Made by a program: the position numbers and the translations under genes. Shown here piece by piece: positions 8,023 through 11,952 of a stretch of DNA of 11,952 nt. The stretch's first letter is position 1; every line of letters starts with the position of its first letter. Source of the stretch: an uncultured Gemmatimonadota bacterium (lineage in GTDB: Bacteria > SM23-81). Location of the stretch: NCBI GenBank assembly GCA_964584035.1, contig CAZOYL010000081.1, positions 1 to 11,952 of the forward strand. Reading direction: 5' to 3'. A model generated the notes under the pieces. It did no database searches, was not told where the DNA came from, and was given only the letters and a program-made list of their open reading frames with translations.

Positions 8023-8517
8023 TCAGAGATCCTCTGAGGGGGGGCGGCATCCCACACGGTGAAGATACCGCCTGATGCGATCCCAATGGGTTCCCTTCCA
8101 GAAGATCTTCCCGCAGCCGGAACAACGGGAAAATTCCCGCTGTGTGTCCCAGACATAAGGAGGAACGGCATTCTGAACATCTTCCCGGGGGGTCTCCTTC
8201 AGCGTTCCGTTGCACAGCGGGCAACGGATACCGTTTCCAACTCGAGGCGCAAGGTTCATTTCCTTGAGAATCTGGATCAGTTGGGATTCCAGATCTTCTC
8301 CGGTGATGAGCAACGCCCGGAAACCACTTCGTTGGGAGAGTTCCCGGTCCCTGGTCAACAACGTCCTGTTATCCCGGATGGCTCTGCGAATAAGCTCCTG
8401 GTCATTCATATCCCGGAAATACAGCGTATCGTAACCGATGATGCGTAACCACTTGGCCAATCGACCCAACATTACATCGGCCAGGAACCTATTCGGGTCC
8501 GGGTCCATATTTCCCAT
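8023..8517 (-). CDS. Mut7-C RNase domain protein (PIN-like fold plus zinc ribbon)
   Basis: FLADVMLGRLAKWLRIIGYDT, LLTRD, RCPLCNG and CSGCGKIFWKGTHW are characteristic Mut7-C motifs. The start could be the downstream ATG (MDPDP…). Confidence 0.92.
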   Translation of the reverse strand: MGNMDPDPNRFLADVMLGRLAKWLRIIGYDTLYFRDMNDQELIRRAIRDNRTLLTRDRELSQRSGFRALLITGEDLESQLIQILKEMNLAPRVGNGIRCPLCNGTLKETPREDVQNAVPPYVWDTQREFSRCSGCGKIFWKGTHWDRIRRYLHRVGCRPPSEDL

Positions 8518-8622
8518 CAGCAGATTGGAGTGGGAATTAGATCACACCAGGACGATCACGCAACGGAAACGGCCGCCCCACCAAGAGACCCTTCGATCTA
8601 AGCGCCTGAGGGCCGACCCGGT

Positions 8623-9552
8623 TCAGGACACCTGATTTTCAAGATACTTCTCGGCGGCGAATGCGGCTATGGCTCCCTCTCCGGCCGCGTTGACGATCTG
8701 GCGCAATAATTTCGAACGTATATCACCGGCCGCGTATATGCCCTCCACCGATGTTTGCATATCCTGATCGGTGATCAGAAAACCGCCGGCATCTTTCTCG
8801 ATCGGGAAATCAAAAATATCGCTGTTGGGTGTCACTCCTACATACATGAACACACCGGCCACCTTTAATTGACTCTCCCGGCCGGTTTTAACATTCTTTA
8901 GCTGCACCGCCTGTACGAACTGCTCGCCGTCGATCCCGGTGACGACGGTGTCCCACAGCACCTCGACCTTTTCGTGTTGGAGAGCTCGCTCCTGAACGAG
9001 TTTGGCGGCCCGGAGCTGATCACGGCGATGGATGATGGAAACCTTTTTGGCAAACCTGGTCAGATAGACCGCCTCCTCTACGGCAGAATCACCACCACCC
9101 ACAACAGCCACTTCTTTTTCCCGGAAAAAGGCTCCATCACAGGTCGCACAATAGGAAACACCTCTGCCTTTGAGTTCCATTTCACCCGGAACGCCCAGCA
9201 GTCTTGGCTGGGCACCGCTGGCCACGATCATGGCTTTGACGAAATACTCCTCATCATCGGTGACAACCCTTTTTCGCCCGTTCTCCAGCATGACACGTTC
9301 CACTTGCCGGATCTCGATAACGAGTCCAAACCGCCGGGCCTGCTGTTCGATACGGGCCATGAGGTCAGGACCGGAAATGCCCTCCTCGAAACCGGGGTAA
9401 TTCTCCACCATGGCGGTGCTCACGGCCTGACCCCCGGGTGTCAATTTCTCCAGCAGGAGGACATCCAATCGCGATCGGGCGGCATAGAGCCCTGCGGTTA
9501 ACCCGGCCGGGCCGCCCCCGATAATGATGACATCGTGCTCTTTCATCGGCAT
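8623..9552 (-). CDS. trxB: Thioredoxin-disulfide reductase
   Basis: GGGPAGLTA (FAD binding), GVSYCATCDG (redox CxxC), VGGGDSA and HRRD (NADPH binding), TSVEGIYAAGD. The start is uncertain: ATG 9552, ATG 9546, or GTG 9573 overlapping the trxA stop. Confidence 0.97.
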   Translation of the reverse strand: MPMKEHDVIIIGGGPAGLTAGLYAARSRLDVLLLEKLTPGGQAVSTAMVENYPGFEEGISGPDLMARIEQQARRFGLVIEIRQVERVMLENGRKRVVTDDEEYFVKAMIVASGAQPRLLGVPGEMELKGRGVSYCATCDGAFFREKEVAVVGGGDSAVEEAVYLTRFAKKVSIIHRRDQLRAAKLVQERALQHEKVEVLWDTVVTGIDGEQFVQAVQLKNVKTGRESQLKVAGVFMYVGVTPNSDIFDFPIEKDAGGFLITDQDMQTSVEGIYAAGDIRSKLLRQIVNAAGEGAIAAFAAEKYLENQVS

Positions 9553-9569
9553 CGTCTCACAGCGCGATC

Positions 9570-9893
9570 TCACAATAATTCATTCAACTTGTCCGCATAC
9601 TGCTTCTTCGGCATGGCCCCCACGATCTGGGCGGCCGCCTGTCCTCCCTTGAAGATCAAAATCGTGGGTATGCTGAATATTCCATATTTTTGGGCTGTGT
9701 TGGGATTATTATCCACATTGAGCTTCATCACCTTCACCTGACCGCTGAAATCTTTGGCCAGCTCTTCTAAAACAGGAGCCACCATTCGGCAGGGTCCGCA
9801 CCAGGGAGCCCAGAAATCGATCAACACGGGAATATCGGATTGCAGAACCTCTTTTTCGAAGGTGCTGTCGGTAACCTCGGGAAAGTCGGCCAT
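9570..9893 (-). CDS. trxA: Thioredoxin
   Basis: [10 protein letters not shown] active site, SIPT cis-Pro motif, 107 aa, strong RBS AGGAAGGAG upstream. Confidence 0.98.
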   Translation of the reverse strand: MADFPEVTDSTFEKEVLQSDIPVLIDFWAPWCGPCRMVAPVLEELAKDFSGQVKVMKLNVDNNPNTAQKYGIFSIPTILIFKGGQAAAQIVGAMPKKQYADKLNELL

Positions 9894-9960
9894 TTTTTCT
9901 CCTTCCTGATCGATCGAATTGGCCTGATAGTGATAAGGACGATATCACCGGTGAATTATT

Positions 9961-9990
9961 ATTATAGCTTTCTGCGGTGGGAATAGTCAA
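9961..9990 (-). promoter_or_regulatory. Sigma70-type promoter for trxA-trxB
   Basis: Minus strand reads TTGACT (9990-9985), an 18-nt spacer, then TATAAT (9966-9961). Confidence 0.75.
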
Positions 9991-10056
9991 GTCTTTTTTC
10001 CGACCGGATCGATACAGTATAGATTTTCGGCCATGAGCCTTCCGCTGCTCCGTCCC

Positions 10057-11136
10057 TTATCCGGCCGGGTGATTTTCGCGATCGAAGATCTCCGGGCCGA
10101 TGCCATCGATGACCGTTTGACACCGATCGCACCGGCCTTTCTGGAGCTGGTGTGCTCGTATAGTATAGCCGTCACGATGGATCACCCGCTGACCGCACCG
10201 GGGACAGAAGGTGCTCTCACCATCATCTCCGGGCAGGTTCCCGGTATAGACATATTTTAATCCCACCTCGAGACCGATCTGCCGCGCCCGCCGCACGCTT
10301 TCGGTGGAGGTGGGCGGCAGGTCGGTCATCTGAAAGGTCGGGAAAAAGCGGCTGATATGCCAGGGAACCTGGGGTCCCAGCTGGAGGATAAATTCGGCCG
10401 TCTGACGCAGCTTTTCTTCCGAATCGTTGACCGTGGGAATCAGCAGAGTGGTCACCTCTAACCAGATCCCCAATTCCTTCATCCGCTGGAGCGTATCCAG
10501 CACGGGCTGCAGGCGGGCCCCGCAGACGCGCTGATAATGATCTTCCGAAAATGCCTTCAGGTCCACATTGGCAGCATCCAAAAAGGGTGCGACGGTCCGG
10601 AGAGCTTCTTCGGTCATGTACCCATTGGTGACGAATACGTTCCCCAGACCCTCCTGTGACGCCTGCCGGGCCGTCTCCAGAGCGTACTCAAAAAAAACGG
10701 TCGGTTCGGTATAGGTATAGGAAATGCTGGTACAGTCGCTGCGCCGGGCAGCAGCCACCAATTCTTCCGGGGTGACGTTTTGACCGGCGATATGGTGATT
10801 TTGGGCAGGGAGGATGGAAATATCCGCATTCTGGCAATGTTGGCAGCGAAAATTGCAGCCCACCGTGGCCACAGACAGTGAATACGTACCGGGTCGATAA
10901 TGAAACAGGGGCTTTTTCTCGATGGGATCGACATGGATGGCGACGGCCCGCCCGTATACCAGGGAGTACAGGGTGCCGGAACGATTTTCCCGCACTCCGC
11001 AGAATCCCCGCTGACCGTCCTCGATGACACAGCGATGAGCGCACAGGTCACAGCGGACCTGACCACCGCCCAAAGGCTGGAAGAACATGGCCTCCTTCAC
11101 GGCGTCCTTCACGGCGTCTTTCACGGCGTCCTTCAC
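10057..11136 (-). CDS. amrS: AmmeMemoRadiSam system radical SAM enzyme
   Basis: N-terminal CDLCAHRC…GFCGVR, DPIEKKPLFH, radical SAM motif GCNFRCQHCQN, YTYTEP, VTNGY, NVDLK, PWHISRFFP, YVYTGN and a C-terminal CxxC…CxxC. RBS GGGAGGA precedes GTG 11136. The tandem repeat makes the start ambiguous. Confidence 0.92.
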   Translation of the reverse strand: MKDAVKDAVKDAVKEAMFFQPLGGGQVRCDLCAHRCVIEDGQRGFCGVRENRSGTLYSLVYGRAVAIHVDPIEKKPLFHYRPGTYSLSVATVGCNFRCQHCQNADISILPAQNHHIAGQNVTPEELVAAARRSDCTSISYTYTEPTVFFEYALETARQASQEGLGNVFVTNGYMTEEALRTVAPFLDAANVDLKAFSEDHYQRVCGARLQPVLDTLQRMKELGIWLEVTTLLIPTVNDSEEKLRQTAEFILQLGPQVPWHISRFFPTFQMTDLPPTSTESVRRARQIGLEVGLKYVYTGNLPGDDGESTFCPRCGQRVIHRDGYTIRAHQLQKGRCDRCQTVIDGIGPEIFDRENHPAG

Positions 11137-11146
11137 GGCGTCCTCC
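11089..11146. repeat. 12-bp tandem repeat (4 full copies and 1 partial) across the amrS translation start
   Basis: Plus strand: GGCCTCCTTCAC / GGCGTCCTTCAC / GGCGTCTTTCAC / GGCGTCCTTCAC / GGCGTCCTCC. On the minus strand it encodes (V/M)KDA x3 followed by VKEA. Confidence 0.95.
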
Positions 11147-11183
11147 CGCTCACACTTTCAGAACAGGGAGACATCATCTCCGA

Positions 11184-11952
11184 TTACCCTTTGATGCATC
11201 CTTTCGGCTCCAGGCGGACCACCTTGGCTGCCAATCCGGCTTGATCGATGGCCTCCACGACGGCGGTCACATCCTTATATGCCCCTGGAGCTTCCTCGGC
11301 CAAGCCGGCCACAGAATGGCCCCTGATGGTGATACCCCTGTTTTCCAACTCCCTGACCAGACGCTCTCCCCGCCAGGTTTTCTTAGCCCTCTTGCGGCTC
11401 ATTCGGCGACCGGCTCCATGGCACACGGAGGCGTAGGCGACCTGCTCCCCATAATCGGTTCCCACCAGAATATAGGAGGATGTCCCCATAGTGCCGCCGA
11501 CAATAACCGGCTGGCCCACACCCCGATAGACCGCCGGTAGATTTTCCCGGGAGGGACCGAAAGCTCTGGTGGCGCCTTTGCGGTGAACGTACAATTCTTT
11601 CATCCGGCCGTCGATCCGGTGATGTTCCACCTTACAGGTGTTGTGCCCGACATCATAGAGCAAATGCAGGTCGGCCCGGGGCAGCACCCGTTCGAAGCCC
11701 TGGCGAACCAGATGGGTGATGACCTGCCGGTTGGCAAATGCATAATTGATGGCGCAGATGACGGCGCCGAAATATTTCTGTCCCTCGGGAGAATCGATGG
11801 GGGCGCAGACCAGTTCCCTTTCACGAATCGGTATGCCGTATTTTCTGGATGCCTCGGCCAGTAACTTGAGATAATCGGTGCCCACCTGATGCCCCAGCGC
11901 TCGCGAGCCGCAGTGAATGGTCACCACCGCATCGTCCAGGGCCAGTCCGAAG
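11184..11952 (-). CDS. rtcB: RtcB family RNA ligase (5' part lies outside the window)
   Basis: IHCGSRALGHQV, YDVGHN, HRKGATRAF, GTMGTSSY, SVCHGAGR and EEAPGAYKDV. The frame stays open from 11927 to the window edge (…FGLALDDAVVTIHCGSR), so the true start is upstream. Confidence 0.96.
   Translation of the reverse strand, partial: FGLALDDAVVTIHCGSRALGHQVGTDYLKLLAEASRKYGIPIRERELVCAPIDSPEGQKYFGAVICAINYAFANRQVITHLVRQGFERVLPRADLHLLYDVGHNTCKVEHHRIDGRMKELYVHRKGATRAFGPSRENLPAVYRGVGQPVIVGGTMGTSSYILVGTDYGEQVAYASVCHGAGRRMSRKRAKKTWRGERLVRELENRGITIRGHSVAGLAEEAPGAYKDVTAVVEAIDQAGLAAKVVRLEPKGCIKG

Noticed and set aside
8020..8040. Hairpin CCCTCAGAG-atc-CTCTGAGGG at the Mut7-C stop
   Set aside because: The 9-bp inverted repeat is real, but it overlaps the coding end and has no U-tract. 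The hairpin at 7947-7984 is the better terminator, and I saw no second copy to suggest a REP-like element.
8518..8622. Possible small RNA in the 105-nt gap between trxB and the Mut7-C gene
   Set aside because: No convincing stem-loop, promoter, terminator or known RNA motif was seen.
11089..11146. CRISPR array
   Set aside because: The units are 12 bp, directly adjacent with no spacers, and there are no cas genes.
6636..11864. Overlapping short ORFs (e.g. 6636..6995, 7925..8224, 8974..9501, 10614..11066, 10900..11244)
   Set aside because: They overlap better-supported genes, and 7925..8224 runs through the terminator. The HGVL repeat in 10900..11244 is just the antisense reading of the 12-bp repeat.

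Overview
Gene-dense bacterial chromosomal window with no rRNA, tRNA, CRISPR array or mobile element that I can see. Left block, minus strand, in transcription order: a 1367-aa Ser/Thr kinase / STAND-type P-loop NTPase / TPR / GAF protein; a 320-aa NtrC-like AAA+ / Fis-HTH activator with no N-terminal regulatory domain; and a TrkH K+ transporter that the ORF track missed and that runs off the left edge. The most notable observation is that the kinase gene and the activator gene are in the same frame, separated only by one TAA and 4 sense codons (…HGQNV*IKGEMNAPY…). They look like one 1692-codon kinase-NTPase-TPR-GAF-bEBP gene broken by a single stop, and the activator has RVATGV in place of GAFTGA. 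Centre: back-to-back near-consensus sigma70 promoters, then a divergent, unrecognised 415-aa single-pass membrane protein ending at a bidirectional terminator. Right block, minus strand: rtcB (partial), an AmmeMemoRadiSam radical SAM gene with a 12-bp tandem repeat across its start region, trxA, trxB and a Mut7-C RNase. All calls come from motif recognition by eye; no searches were run.
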